From assembly GCA_013265495.1 (NCBI GenBank), contig MU057930.1:1628057-1692056 (forward strand): a stretch of DNA of 64,000 nt. The letters run 5' to 3'. Made by a program: the position numbers and the translations under genes. Origin of the DNA: Vicugna vicugna. Its lineage: Eukaryota. Below are positions 1-13,974 of the stretch, one piece after another. Position 1 is the first letter of the stretch. Each line of letters opens with the position of its first letter. The notes under the pieces are model-generated. The model saw nothing but the letters and a program-made list of their open reading frames with translations, was not told the origin of the DNA and did no database searches.

Positions 1-43
1 AACCTATGTGTCCATGCATGGATGAATGGATAAAGAAAATGTG

Positions 44-89
<46 letters not shown>

Positions 90-238
90 TAGAGATGGAT
101 GGATGGATAGATAGATAGATGGGTAGATAGATTGATAGATTGATGGATGGGTAGATGGGTGGATGGATAGATAGATTGGATGGATAGATAGGTAGGTAGA
201 TAGATAGATAAATGGATGGATAAATGGATGGATGAATG

Positions 239-292
<54 letters not shown>

Positions 293-352
293 CAGATAGA
301 TAGATGGATAGATAGATGGATAAATGGATAAATGGATGGATAGATAGATAGG

Positions 353-409
<57 letters not shown>

Positions 410-439
410 TAGATGGATGGATGGATGGATGGATGGATG

Positions 440-496
<57 letters not shown>

Positions 497-777
497 TAGA
501 GATGGATGGATGGATAGATAGATGGGTAGATAGATCGATAGATTGATGGATGGGTAGATGGGTGGATGGATAGATAGATTGGATGGATAGATAGGTAGGT
601 AGATAGATAGATAGATAAATGGATGGATAAATGGATAGATGAATAGATAGATGGATAGATAGACAGATAGATAGATGGATAGATAGATGGATAAATGGAT
701 AAATGGATGGATGGATGGATAGATAGATAGACAGACAGATAGATAGATGGATAAATGGATAAATGGATGGATGGATG

Positions 778-818
<41 letters not shown>

Positions 819-820
819 GC
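44..820. repeat. (GATA)n/(GGAT)n compound microsatellite
   Basis: Direct reading; flanked by old L1-3'-like sequence. Confidence 0.97.
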
Positions 821-2362
821 AGACACTTCAAAGAGAAGTAAATCTTGCTCTTTGTGACAAAGTTGGATCCAGAACTTTAAAAAACACCTGAAATAACACA
901 ACATTGTAAATCAACTATACTTCCATTAAAAGAAAAATAAATACATAAAATATGAGCCATTAAAAAAACCAGATTTGACTTAGAAGAGGAAACAGCAGCA
1001 ATGTAATTATCAGGAAACCCTCATTCTAAATCATATGTTAACCTCAAGGACATCGGCATCACTAGTGACAGGACTGTCCTTGAAATGGAAACTTGCAAAC
1101 CACAGAATCGTCTTTGGGGACTAGCCAGGATGTACACGTCACACCAGGGAGACGTCAGAATAAGCCGGGACATGTGGGATGAACGAGGGCGTGGAAATGA
1201 GGCAGGCAGGGGGACACGCGGAGGGTATGAATCAGTCAAGAAGGTCAGCTGGTCTGAGGGCGCATGGAGCCTGGTAGGTTGCTAGCAATCTGGGCCACGC
1301 TTTTTCACCGTTCTCTGTATGCGTGCCCTTCTAATACACATCCTTCCTCTAAGGATGTGGAGTCTGTTGCCTTCTCTCTGTCTTAAATCTGTGTTACTCC
1401 TTGTCACCTCATCGCCCCACAGTCAAGATGTTCCATGTGAGGCCATTCTAGACCAGGAATCTCTCAGCCACCCCTCAGCCAGCCTCCAGGAGAAGGGCAG
1501 CTGGCCGATGTGCGCTGGCTAAAGCCAGGAGGCCGCCCAGCCCAGCCTCGAGCAGAAGCACCAGGCAGGTGAGCCCATCGTAAATGGACAACTCAAATGA
1601 GGGCCAACAGAAGGAGAATGGTTGATTTTCAACAGCAGTAGGTTAAGAAACAGCACAGATGGATGTCCGGCCAGGCACGTTTCATCAAGCAAGGAATGGT
1701 GTTAGGTCATGTCGGGGATAAAACAAAAGTCTGAAGTACATGGAATTTATGGAGGAATGGCGGGAGGTAGGAGACTGCACCTTACAAGGGACCTCAGTTC
1801 GATGTCTGGTCTTCGGGAAAATGTTTTTCACTTTTGCCGTGTCTCAGCCAGGAGCATATGGTTTCTATCTGTCCCTAAATAGAGAGGAAAAAGAGTCTTC
1901 TTCAACGGAAAATGCCTAAGACCTTTTATCTTCATTCTACACTGCATCCTTCAATTTATAAAGTGAAACATGCCACCCACTGTGGTTATAAAAATGTAAT
2001 TATTTGAATAATTTAATATGTGAGGTGACAAAGGGATGAATGCTTTCCTAAGGCAGGAACTTTGAATAAAACCTATTAATGTAACTTTATAAGAGACTTG
2101 AATAAGCAGGGATTCCAAAGTGGTCTGTGAAATTGAAGTGTCTATTGTGAGAAATTTTAGCCTTTTTCTTCTGCATTGCTATGTCATATAATATGGAGTA
2201 CAGATAAAAAGATTTCCATCACTGCCTTCCATTGTCAACCCTACATAATGAAATAAACATGAAACACTTCACAGCAGATTCACAGGTACGAAATTATGCA
2301 TAAGTATGTAATCATATATGTGGGTGTCCTACAAAGGGACTCAAAATTTCCCACTAACTCTT

Positions 2363-2655
2363 TTTATTGAAGTACAGCCAGTTACCATGTGTCCATTTCT
2401 GGTGCACAGCACAGTGTCCCAGTCATGCACACACATACATATATTTGTTTTCACATCCTTTTTCATTAAAGGTTATTACAAGATATTGAACATAGTTCCC
2501 TGTGCTCTACAGAAGAAAGTTTTTAAAAGATCTATTTATATATATATATATATATAGTGGCTAATATTTGTAAATCTCAAACTCCCAAATTGATCCCTTC
2601 CCACCCGCTTTCCTCGGTAACCATGGATTGTTTACTATGTCTGTGAGTCTGTGTC
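2363..2655 (-). mobile_element. 5'-truncated L1 3' end
   Basis: Same 3'UTR motifs as the other L1 copies (ttattgaagtacag...gtgtcccagtcatgc). Imperfect TSD ttcccactaactctt/ttcccagtaattctt. Confidence 0.85.
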
Positions 2656-3442
2656 TTCCCAGTAATTCTTAATATCAGGTCTTAGCTGCACATGCGTGTC
2701 TGGGGCAGGGCAAGAGAGTTACTGCATATCCCCAAAGAGGTATTCACAGGACTCACCCGAGTACTGCGCAGCCGTACTCCAAAGGCAGGAGGATGGGATG
2801 CGACCCGAGTCCTCCACAGCATGCCTGGTCCTTATACACCGTGAAGCACCTGCCCTCTGAAGTCTGTGGGAAGAGCCTCAGCCCAGGGAGCGGTCTCTCA
2901 GACACAGAAATAGAAAAGCACGATGAGAGAACAGAGGGAAAATCCTTAGCAAACCTGAAAGCTGGGTGCTAGGCAGTAAACAAGAGAGACTTAGAAACAA
3001 ACAAGTAAACAAGAAAGACATGGAATGAAATCAGCCAATGCTCAGATGTCATTGATGCTGAAAAGAAAGCTTGGAGCATGCTCTCAAAACACGTGAAGGC
3101 ATTAGAAGTTTAAATCCTACCAAAGCTGCTAAACGTTGACGTCATACTGACATAGCCCCACACACTAGGGGCTTAAAAGAAAAAAGAAAAAGGATGGTTT
3201 TCCCCCTCCCAAGTAAAAGATTATATATTTCACATTCTACTATTCTTTTATATAAAATAAACGATAGGCAAACTAAAGATTATGAGATACGCAAAGAATG
3301 AAAGATACGTAACCTATGCTTAAAAGAGAAAATAGTCAATAAAAGCAGACCCACAGATGGTGCAGATAGTACAGCTATCAGACAGGCTATTTAAAAGAAC
3401 TAAGATATATAGACAGACAGAGAAAGAGAGAGGTGGGGGGAG

Positions 3443-3542
3443 ATGGTAGGTAGGTAGGTAGGTAGGTACATAGGTAGGTAGGTAGATAGATAGATAGATA
3501 GATAGAATGGATAGATGATTGGATGGATAAATAGATAGAAAT

Positions 3543-3603
<61 letters not shown>

Positions 3604-3735
3604 AAGAATGGATGGATGATTGGATGGATATATAGATAGGTAGGTAGGTAGTTAGGTAGATAGATAGATAGATACATAGATAGACACATAGATAGATACA
3701 TAGATAGATAGATACACACACAGACAGATAGACAG
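3443..3735. repeat. (GGTA)n/(GATA)n microsatellite
   Basis: Direct reading. Confidence 0.95.
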
Positions 3736-3789
3736 TAAATTGTAGGAACTAATGTAGAAGATGAACCCATGAATAAAGTGTGGATACTT

Positions 3790-4915
3790 TGAGCAAAGAT
3801 AAACAAATGGGACCTAATTAAACTTGCAAGGTTTTGCACAGCAGTGAAAACCAAACTAAAACAAGAAGACAACCTACAGACTAGGAGAAAATATTTGCAA
3901 ACAAGGTGATGGACAAGGGCTTCATTTCCAAAATACACAAACAGCTCATACAGCTCAAAAAAAAAAAGCCTATCCAAAAAATATGGACAGGACACCTAAA
4001 GAGATGTTTTTCCAAAGAACACATACAGGTAATTAACAGACTCATGAAAAGATCCTCAATATTGCTAATTATCAAATGAATCAAAACCACAATGAGGTAT
4101 CACTCCACACGGGTCAGAATGGCCATGATTAAAAAGTCAACAAATGACAAATGCTGGAGAGGGTGTGGAGAAAAGGCAATCCTCCTACACTGTTGGTGGG
4201 AACACAATTTGGGAGTGTAGCCACTATGGAAAACAGTACAGAAAGTCCGTAAAAATATCTTTACCATATGATCCAGCAATCCCACTCTTGGGCATGTATC
4301 TGGAGGGAACTCTAATTCAAAAAGATACATGTACTCCAATATTCATAGCAACACTACTTACAATAGTCAAGACATAGAAGCAACTTAAATGTACACTGAC
4401 AAATGAATAAGGAAGATGTGGTGTGTATATACAGTGGAATATTACTCAGCCATAAAAAAGAACAAAATAATGACATTTACAGCAATGTGAATGGACGTAG
4501 AGATTATTATATGAAGTGAAGTAAGTCAGACAGAGAAAGATGAATATCATGTATCACTTATATGTGGAATCTAAAAATATGATACAAATAAACTTATTTA
4601 CAAGATAGAAACAGACCGATAGACATAGGAGACAAACTTATGGTTACCAAAGGGGAAAGGAGGGGAGGGATAAATTAGGAGTTTGGGATTAGCAGATACA
4701 AAGTACCATATATGAAATAGATAAACAACAGGGACCTACTGTGTAGCACAAGGAACTGTATTCAATATCTTGCAATAACCTATAACGGAAAAGAGCCTGA
4801 AAAAGTGTGTGTATATATATACACACACACATACAGACACATACATCTGAATCACCTTTCTGTACACCTGAAACTAACACACTGTTGTAAATAAACTAGA
4901 CTTCAATAAAAAAAA
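3790..4915 (+). mobile_element. L1 fragment: ORF2 C-terminus plus 3'UTR and A-tail
   Basis: ORF 4144 contains [13 protein letters not shown]...[10 protein letters not shown] (L1 ORF2 C-terminal motif); ends cttcaataaaaaaaa. Confidence 0.9.
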
Positions 4916-4919
4916 GTGG

Positions 4920-7140
4920 GTATTTTGGTAAAGAGATGAAAAATATAAAAAGGCACTAAAAAGAAATACTGGAAATTAAAAACTATAGTATGAAAAATGA
5001 CCTATTCATTGGAGTCACACCACAGGAAACTGCAATTGCAAAAGAAAACATATATGTACATTTGCCATAGGCAAGAAAAGTGTCCAAACTGATCAACAAA
5101 AATTTTAAATAAAAGAATGGAGAAAATACCCAATAGAGCATCTGACATCCGACAGGCAATATCAAGTGTTACAACATACAAGTAATTGGAATTTCAGGAA
5201 GGGATGAGGCATGAAAAGGGGCAGATAAACATCTGAAGGCGAAATAGCCAAAAATATTCTAAAGTTGATTAAAAAAAAAATACACGACCTAAATGAAGCA
5301 AGACGTGTGACAATCACCAAGCAGAGTAAATACGTAGAAAACTACATGGGCAACAGCGTAGTCAAACTAATGGAATCAAAGTAAAGATAAACTGTCAATA
5401 AAGACACATCATACTCTCTTACGGGAAGGATGAAATGGAACATTCCTCCATATACAGGGAAGCCTGGAAGACACGGGAATAAAAACCATAAATTGCTGAA
5501 AGAATTGTTCTCCTGCAGACTTGCAGTACAGGAGATGTTAATGAGGCAGCTTTAAAATATAGGAAATATTGCAGTGCTCAAAAAGAAAAAAAAAGGAAAA
5601 AATTCATTCACATTTAGTGGCATGGAACAAACAAATGTTCAGTAAAAATATGGAAGGCTTGAATGACATGATCGGTAACATTCACCTAAATGACATTTAT
5701 GTGACAGCATGCCCAGGAATTTAAAAATAATATATTGATTTTCAAGTGCATGTGGATATTTGCTAAGATTATGTGCTACACCTTAATATAAGCCTCAAAA
5801 ACCATTAAAGGGTTGCAATTGTATTAAGTCTATCCACTGATGAAAAGGACATTAAGTTATATTTCATTAGCAATTAAATAGGTGGGAAATCTCCAAAGCA
5901 CTTTAACAAAGCAAGAGGTATGTGTGTGTGTGTTTTGTGTGTGCAGGAGCTACCAGCATTACCTTGATACCAAAACCTGATAAACACAAAGACACAGAGA
6001 GAAACACAAAATTCATATATTTGGAAATTAGGAACATAGTTTTTAAAAACCAGAGAATAGCTAAAAAATTATAGAAAATATTAGCATTTGAAGAGGAAAC
6101 AAACACATAGCAACATGTGTGTGATACAGCTAAGCTGTGCTTAGGTGAAGGAAAAGTATAAAAGCACAAAACCACAATTCAACATTAAAAAGCTAAAAGA
6201 AAAAAAAGGGCAAAGTAAGTGGAAGAAATCAAGTGATCAAACAAATGTAGAAATTAATATTTTAGAAAACATGCAAAATAGAGATATCAATGTTGTTAAA
6301 TGTTGTTTTTTCCCTTAAAATTTGGTAAAATTAATAAACATCTATGAAACGTGTTTGATCAAGAAAAAGACAGGAAACACAAATTACTAACGCCAGGAAT
6401 GGTAAAGGGATAACAGATGTTGAAACGATGATTAGGGCACACCACGAGTAACTTTATGGTAATGAATGCAAAAACTTAGATAAAAAGAAACATTTCTTTT
6501 AAAAGAACACAACTTACCAAAACTGACATGAGAGAAATAAAATTCAAACAGATATATAACTATCAAATTAGTTTGATACACAGTAATTTAAAAATACCAT
6601 AAAAAACTCCTTTCAGGCCAGTAGATTGACTGGTAAATTCTCTAAAATATTTTAAAAAGTTGTTATTCCAATGCTGCATAAACACTTCCAAAAAATAAGA
6701 GAAACACTTTCCAGCTTGTCCTAAAATCCAACATTACCTTGATACCAAAACCTGACAAACACATTACTAGGTCGGAACAAGACAGAAGAATAAGTTCATA
6801 AATATAGAAGCAAGAATGCCCAACAAAATTTTAGGCAATTGAATCCAGCAAAGTAGAAAAACGTTGTTATATTATGACTTTGAAAAACGAGGAAAAAAAG
6901 GAGGATTTACACCATCTGATGTCAAGACGTTCTAGAATATTATTATCAGCATGGTGACACTGTGGTAGTAAGAAAGATAGTACACCACAGGAAAAATAAA
7001 CCCAAGCATATAAAAAACTTCTTTCAATAAATGATGTTAGAAAAACTGGTAAATTGGAAAAAATGAGAACCTGGATTTCTATCTCACAACGGCTAATATT
7101 TAACTCTAGATGTGATATATACCTACATTTAAAATACACT
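4920..7140 (+). mobile_element. Ancient fragmented L1M (ORF1/ORF2 relics)
   Basis: A-rich degenerate L1-like sequence including cattaccttgataccaaaacctga (twice, ~5957 and ~6732) and gaatccagca motifs. Confidence 0.6.
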
Positions 7141-7152
7141 GTTTCCAGACAA

Positions 7153-8228
7153 ATGGAGATTCCTCAAAAAACTAAAAACAGATTTACCCTATGATCCAGC
7201 AATCCCACTCCTGGGCATATATCTAGAGGTAACTCTAATTTGAAAAGACACATGTACCCCAGTATTCATAGCAGCACTATTTACAATAGCCAAGACATGG
7301 AAGCACCTAAATGTCCATAGACAGATGACTGGATAAAGAAGATGTGCTATGTTTACACAATGGAATATTACTCAGCCCTTAAAAAAGAATAAAATAATGG
7401 CATGTGCAGCAACATGGTTGGACCTAGAGATCATCATTCTAAGTTAAGTAAGCCAGAAAGAGAAAGAAAAATACTATATGATATCACTTATATGTGGAAT
7501 CTTTTTTCTAAAAGAAAGAAAAGGGCACTATGAATTCATCTGCAAAACAGAAACAGACTAGCAGACATAGTAAACTATCATATGGTTACCAGGGAAAGTG
7601 GGTGGGAAGGGATAAATTTGGGAGTTTGAGATTTGAAAATGTTAGTCACTATATATATAAATAGAGTAAAAAACCATGTTCTGTATAGCACTGGGAAGTA
7701 TATTCAATATCTTGTAATAACCTTTCATGAAAAAGAATATGAAAACAAATATATGTATGTATATATATGCATGACTGGGACATTGTGCTGTACACCAGAG
7801 ATTGACACGTTGTAACAACTGTATTTCAATTAAAAAAAAAGAAAAGACACCTGCACCCCAATGTTCATGGCAGCACTATTTACAATAGCCAAGACATGGA
7901 AACAACCTAAATGTCCATCAACAGATGACTGGATAAAGAAGTTGTGGTGTATTTATACGATGGAACACTACTCAGCCATAAAAAAGAATGAAATAATGCC
8001 ATTTGCAGCAGCATGGATGAACCTAGAGATTGTTATACTAAGTGAAGTAAGTCAGACAGACAAAGAAAAATGCCATATGGTAACACTTGTATGCGGAATC
8101 TTAAAAAAAAGGACACAAGTGAACTTACCTACAAAACAGAAACAGACTTACAGACATAGAGAACAAACTATGGTTATCACAGGAATAAAGGGGGTAGGAA
8201 GGGATAAATTGGGAGTTGGAGATTTGCA
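7153..8228 (+). mobile_element. Two juxtaposed/nested L1 3' ends
   Basis: The first copy ends in an A-tail at ~7840. The second gives [32 protein letters not shown] (L1 ORF2 end). Confidence 0.88.
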
Positions 8229-8229
8229 C

Positions 8230-9545
8230 CTGTTGGGAAGTGAGGGCAATGTTAGCTATCTTGATTGTGGTGGTGGTTTCATGGGTCACACATCTATCAA
8301 AATTAATCAAATTGTACATCTGAAATAGGTATAGTTTACTGTACAGGAATCATACTACAATATAGGTGTTAAAATATAAAAAAAAAATAAAAGAAAGATT
8401 CTGGAAGAGGATACAGAAGAATTTCACTTTAAACATAGTACCCAAGATTTCCTGGACAGGAAAATAACCAACCATAAAAGAACAAATGGAAAAATTATAC
8501 ATCAGACAAAATTGATAATTTCCACTTATCAAAGATACCACTGTGAAAATATTTAGCCTAACCATGGATGGATAAAATTTTTTATATATTTATATATATA
8601 TATACACATACACACAAATATCTATTTTTATACATATGTATTATATATGTAATATAAACATATATATAGATTAATGTATATATGTATACATATAGACTCA
8701 TATCCAGAATATATAAACATCTCCTACAAACAGGCAATAAAGGATGAAAAATGCAATTTAATGAGTGAAAGTCTAAAATGTATAATGCACAACTCAATAC
8801 ATAAAATTCCCAATAGCCACATGAAAAATTTCAGCAGTAATTTGCTCAACATTAAATTCAAACCATATCTACCAGAACAGTCTACATTATAAAGACGGAC
8901 AGTTCCAAATATTAGTGAAGACTGAGAGTAACTGGATTTTTCATGCCTTGTTGAGGAAGTGCAAAACTGGACAATCTCTTGGGAAAACTATTCAGCAATT
9001 TCTTACCAAGTTAAAAGTATATCAAGTCTACAACTGCACAAGTCCCTAAATATGAAGAACTATGTCCATGCAAAGACATGGACACAAACATTTAGAGAGC
9101 GTCTAATTGTAACAGCCAAAACCTGGAAACAGTCTAACTGTCCAACATCTGGAGACAAGAGAAACAAAGTTTCTACTTGTTCAAGCCAGTACTGACATCA
9201 AGTAAAAATGATCTATTGACATCCTGTAACACCATGATAAATGTCAGAAATGTCACACTGAGTTTAAAAAATAACAAAATACATAATGTTATCTAATTAA
9301 TAATAAAAAAAAAGAATACAGGAACAGGGACAACTTTTCCAGGGCAGCAGAAACTGGACAATGGCTGTCTCTGGTGAGGAGTTAATGGATGGAGAATGAA
9401 CATGAACGGGGACTTTCCAGAGTAATGGAGATGTTCTCTGCACACATCAGGTGGCTGTTACATGAATATACAAGCTGACAAAAAGCATCAAACTGTACTT
9501 AAAAGCGGTGCGTTTCCTTGGCATTGAAAGATCTCTCAATTAAAA
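8230..9545 (+). mobile_element. Old L1M 3' relics
   Basis: Motifs tatcttgattgtggtggtggtttcatgg, gtccatgcaaagacatggacac, acagccaaaacctggaaac. Confidence 0.55.
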
Positions 9546-10996
9546 TGTGTTTTTTAATCCAGCATTCGATACCTTTTCATGAAACATGAAAGAAAATCAC
9601 CTCTCTCAAACACAAGGGATTGAAAGGCAAAAGAGCAAAAACACAGAAGCAAATGACTTGATAGCGAGGACAAATTCTGTTTAAGAACTAAATGTAAATC
9701 GGGCGCAACTCCTATGATGCATCCGAGATTTCAGAATGAGAAGCAGCCCACAGACAGAAAAAAATAGGAAAAAAAATAAAGTCTTGAACCCTACCAATAT
9801 CTCTGGGGAAGTTTCCATTCTTCATTGGATTCTGTTTTTCTTCCAATGATTCATAAAACATACTTTTTAAAATAGGAAAAGGAACACACACACACACACA
9901 CTTATACACACAGACACACACACGACCAGAACATCATGCTGCACACCAGAAACTGACACATTGTAACTGACTGGACTTCAATAAAAAAAGATTTATTTTT
10001 TTTAAAAAAGTAATGAAAAGGCAAAAAACATACTTTTAAAAAATGGCAATACTTTATTTTTTTTTACTTTTTTTTAAATTGAAGTACAGTTAGTTTAGAA
10101 TGTTGTGTCATACTGTTTCAGTCATACATACACCAATATTCAAAAATACATCTTTTTTTTTTAATCTATTGGGATGATTTACTGGGTTTTAGGACTAAGG
10201 AACACAAGAAGGTGATTATGGTCTGTATGGATGGAATTAGTGCGATCGGGTGGGGGAAAAGTTTAACTCCAGATTCAAGTTCTATTAAATAATATCCCAC
10301 ATTCATTCAAGCAAAGTCAGCTTCGTATATCTCATTGTATTCTAATTTGATGCTAAAACAAACTGCAGAATTTCAACGGCTGCCTCAATTTGCAATGACA
10401 GCTCTGATGTTACTAATCGTTTCTGAGTAAGCGGGGCATTTAGACTCCAGGGAGAATGCAACCCTGACCTGTCTCCAAGCGTAGGCTGTGGCTGATATAA
10501 ATAACAGACCTGTTTACCAGCGGCAGACAAAAATGAGAACTGCAGTCCCAGTTACAAACGTCAGAGGAAAAGCTACTGAGACAAGAGGCAGGCAGCAACG
10601 CACAGATCATTAAGTTAAAAGGGTCTGTCACAATTCTCATCGCACGTGGCTTTGCCGAGGATCGGCAGCCAAGCACTTCGGCCTCATTTAGGAGCCTCGA
10701 AGGTTTCAGATTTAGCATGTATGGACAGTTTAAGGAGGAAAAAAAAAAAAAAGAAAGAAAGAAATCCACCTTCATGCATTTTCATGAAATGAGGAGGCTG
10801 AAAAATGAACTGCTACAGATTTAACCCATCGTATCACAGAATTTCACAAACTTAAAATGCACTTGGGAGACCCACAATGTTACATGGTTTCTAAGGAGTT
10901 GAAAGCCTTACGAATTTCTGCCAAACTAATTACAATTATGTAAGATGCCCACCGAATGGAAAGATAATTCCCCCCCCTCAGGCTCTCTCTTGTAGG

Positions 10997-11433
10997 TGTG
11001 GACAAAGAATGGCGCCTAGCCGTATCAGTAAACAAAGGATGTTCCAGCCATCAACCCTGAGCCCACCCCAACTCTGCCCCCCGAGGGCATTCAGGATGGA
11101 GAAAAACAGGATCCTGGCCTTAGGCAGCGCAGATGCACATCAAAGGATTAATTTCAGTGAGCCCACTCTTGCATCCTCCCATACATAGAAAAGTGCTGAA
11201 TTCATTAACTTGAGATGTCTGGTTTTTCTTTAGATAACATTAATGGTTTGATGTTCTGACTACCCGGTTTTTGTTGCAAGAACTCCTGTATCTCCTGGCT
11301 CCTCCTTTACCTCTTCAGAATGGGTCCCCAGAGCGATCTCAGGGGCCGTTTCTCGGGCTTAAGCCCTTGGTGTGCCCTGCTAATAAAACATCATTCTCAA
11401 CTTTTAGACGGTGCATTTTTTTTTCTGTCGACA
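10997..11433 (+). mobile_element. ERV1-like solo LTR (437 bp)
   Basis: TG...CA termini (tgtggac...gtcgaca), internal aataaa at ~11382, 4-bp flanks tagg/cagg; homologous to 12062-12589. Confidence 0.75.
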
Positions 11434-12061
11434 CAGGCAAGATATTCAAATTAGATTCTCCGTTGACTCATGTTGTACATTTCAATATGTATGACACACT
11501 ATATGACGTTTCATGACATCATAATACATTTCTTGGGTCCCTCTAAAGGATTCATAGCTCACCTCTTAGTGTGCCTGAGTACGTGATGTCCTGAACGATT
11601 TCTAAGAGAGAAAAAGAAAAATATTTTACAGCATCATTAAGAAAATAAACCACCAGATTTTTAAATACCAGCCTAGTATATATATATATCCTGTCAAATT
11701 AGTGGATGAAGCAAACAAAGGAATTTTGATCTGCTCTATTTTCACTGACATTGATGTTAAGAATGAGCTTCATGCTTCAAATAGTAACATTTAAAATCTT
11801 TTCTCCATCTCTCTGCAGGAAGGAATTTATTCATCAATGAACTGTTTCCCCGAAGCCACTTTTCCAAAATCTAACCATGTTGAAGGCAAACACTTCTATA
11901 AAAACTGGGTTAAAATTTAATATCTTTAAATACTCCAAGACATTCAAAGAGCTATTTAAAGGAGACTTTCCTAAATTGCGTTGTCAGGCACACTAATCCC
12001 ACAGGGTTTTGTTTTCTCTCTCTTTTTTTTTTTTTGATAATGAAATATATTGCATAACACC

Positions 12062-12589
12062 TGTGAATGAAAAATGTTGCCTGCCAGAGCAGTAAACAAA
12101 GGCTGTTGTGGCCATTAAGACCTCAGCTGCTACCGCAGCCCCCAAAGGTGAGCCCTGAGGGGACCTGGGACAGGGACAAGCAGGCTGCCTGATGCCAAGA
12201 TCTTAACCCCTGAGGCCACCCCCGAAAGGTGCCCCTGAGGGGACTGAGGACTGGAAAGGGCAGGACACTGGCCCTAGAGAGCTAAGGTGCAGATCAAAGA
12301 AAGGACTTCGGGGAGTCCAGACTCTTGCACGTTTCCAGACACAGAAAAGCACTAAATTCACCAACGTGAGGTGTCTGCTTTTCTTTAATTAACAGTCACC
12401 TTCTGGTGTTCCCGCTACCTGGTTTTTGTTCCCAAAACTCCTATATATGCTGGCTCCTCCCCTGCCTCTTTGGCACAGTCCCTCAGAGCGATCCGAGAGG
12501 ATGCTTCCCCCGGCTCAAAGTCCTCAGAACGTCTGCCAAATAAAACATGATTCTCAAAGTCTAGGTTGTACATTTTTTTTCAGTCGACA
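12062..12589 (+). mobile_element. ERV1-like solo LTR (528 bp)
   Basis: TG...CA termini, TATA-like ctatatat, aataaa at ~12539, perfect 4-bp TSD CACC (12058-61 / 12590-93). Confidence 0.8.
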
Positions 12590-13839
12590 CACCTATCAGA
12601 GCCCTGTGGAATTGCTGCTTCCACAGATACATTTTAGCAGATGCTAATTTAATGCATTATCTTTTAAAAAATGGGGATCTCGGTAAGATATAATGTTCGC
12701 ACAAGAGAAGGCACACATCTGAAGTACGCAGCTTCGTGCATTTGGGCAAATATGCGTTCGTGGAAGCATCAAGCAGAGCAAGATAACAAAGCATTTCCAT
12801 CACCCCAGGACGGCTCCTCGTGTCCACTTTCAAAAAAAAATTCATCTCTCAACGTAATCGTGGGTGAGTCTCACCTGATCTTGAACTTCCTACCAGTGGA
12901 ATCACGGTGTAGGCACACTTTTGTGTCTGGCTTCTTTCACGGCACAAAATGACGTTGATGGGCATTTAGACTTTCTTCTGGTTTAATGTCACTTATTCTT
13001 CGTAACTCAGTGTCACCACCATGGAGATCATCTGTGGTACAGTGTGCTGCTCGGCTCTGAGAGGAATCCATGTGGTTGTCGCCTTTGGCCCATCCTGCTA
13101 ATCCAACCAATTGAAACTGAGTTGCCTGCTTGTATTTGGTCGCAATACTGTGAGAGGTTAGAATGTGGAACCACTCAAGGAAGCAGACACGGCTCCAGCG
13201 TGGCCCACAGTAGAGTAGAATCCTGCTAATGCGACTTAACAATACACGTCTTATCTGCTGGTAGAAGATTCTTCAACGGAACTTGGTAGAGGCTCTAAAA
13301 TCCCACATCAGCACAAGAAAAGACAGGCTGTCACTCTGCTGCCCAAGAGAAACTGACTGAAGACTCCATCACTGTTGGATCCCACCTCAGATTTCTGCCT
13401 AAGAAACGTCCAGCTTTAGACATTTTTGTCCTAGCATTCAGAATTGCACATTATTCTTGCAACATCTTCATGAACATTAAGGTCATGGAAAATTCTTTCT
13501 CCTGGAAATCATTTTCTTTAATGCACAGGCATTGCAGGAAATGCTGGTAACATATCATTTTCACCATGAATCTTTGCTGGTAGTTCTCTCTTAAGTTCTA
13601 TTTTTTTTTTCTCTCCCAAGTTAAGAAAGGCAGCTCGTTCCTCGGAGGATAATTTACTTTTTGAAGGAGGCGTTTTTTAACCTCTGATCCATATAGATGG
13701 GCTGAAAATCCCCCAAACTGTGTTATGTGCAAAGGCACCTCTGACCACTTTTCTGCTCAAGGTCAGCCATTTTTGACAGATGCTCATAGGTGTTTGTGGC
13801 TCAAAGGATGTTAATAATGGCTGCTTAAATAATATTTCG

Positions 13840-13974
13840 AGGGGAGGGTGTAGCTCAAGTGGCAGAGCGCATGATTAGCATGCCCGAGGTCCTGGGTTCA
13901 ATCCCCAGTATCTCCTCCAAAAAATACATAAATAAGTATACCTAATTATCTCCCCCCCAAAAAATGTTTTTTAA
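13840..13974 (+). mobile_element. tRNA-Ala-derived SINE (Vic-1-like)
   Basis: A box tagctcaagtgg, B box ggttcaatcc, AGC anticodon-like loop, A-rich tail, TSD aaata(a/g)tatttcg. Confidence 0.9.

Noticed and set aside
409..831. IYLS-repeat ORFs (also at 3320, 3387 and 40115)
   Set aside because: Translations of GATA/TCTA microsatellites.
10420..10760. Possible conserved non-coding element downstream of NLGN4X
   Set aside because: It looks unique and complex, but nothing in the sequence alone supports function.
13841..13915. tRNA-Ala gene
   Set aside because: It has an A-rich tail, a TSD and several dispersed copies, so it is a SINE and not a tRNA.
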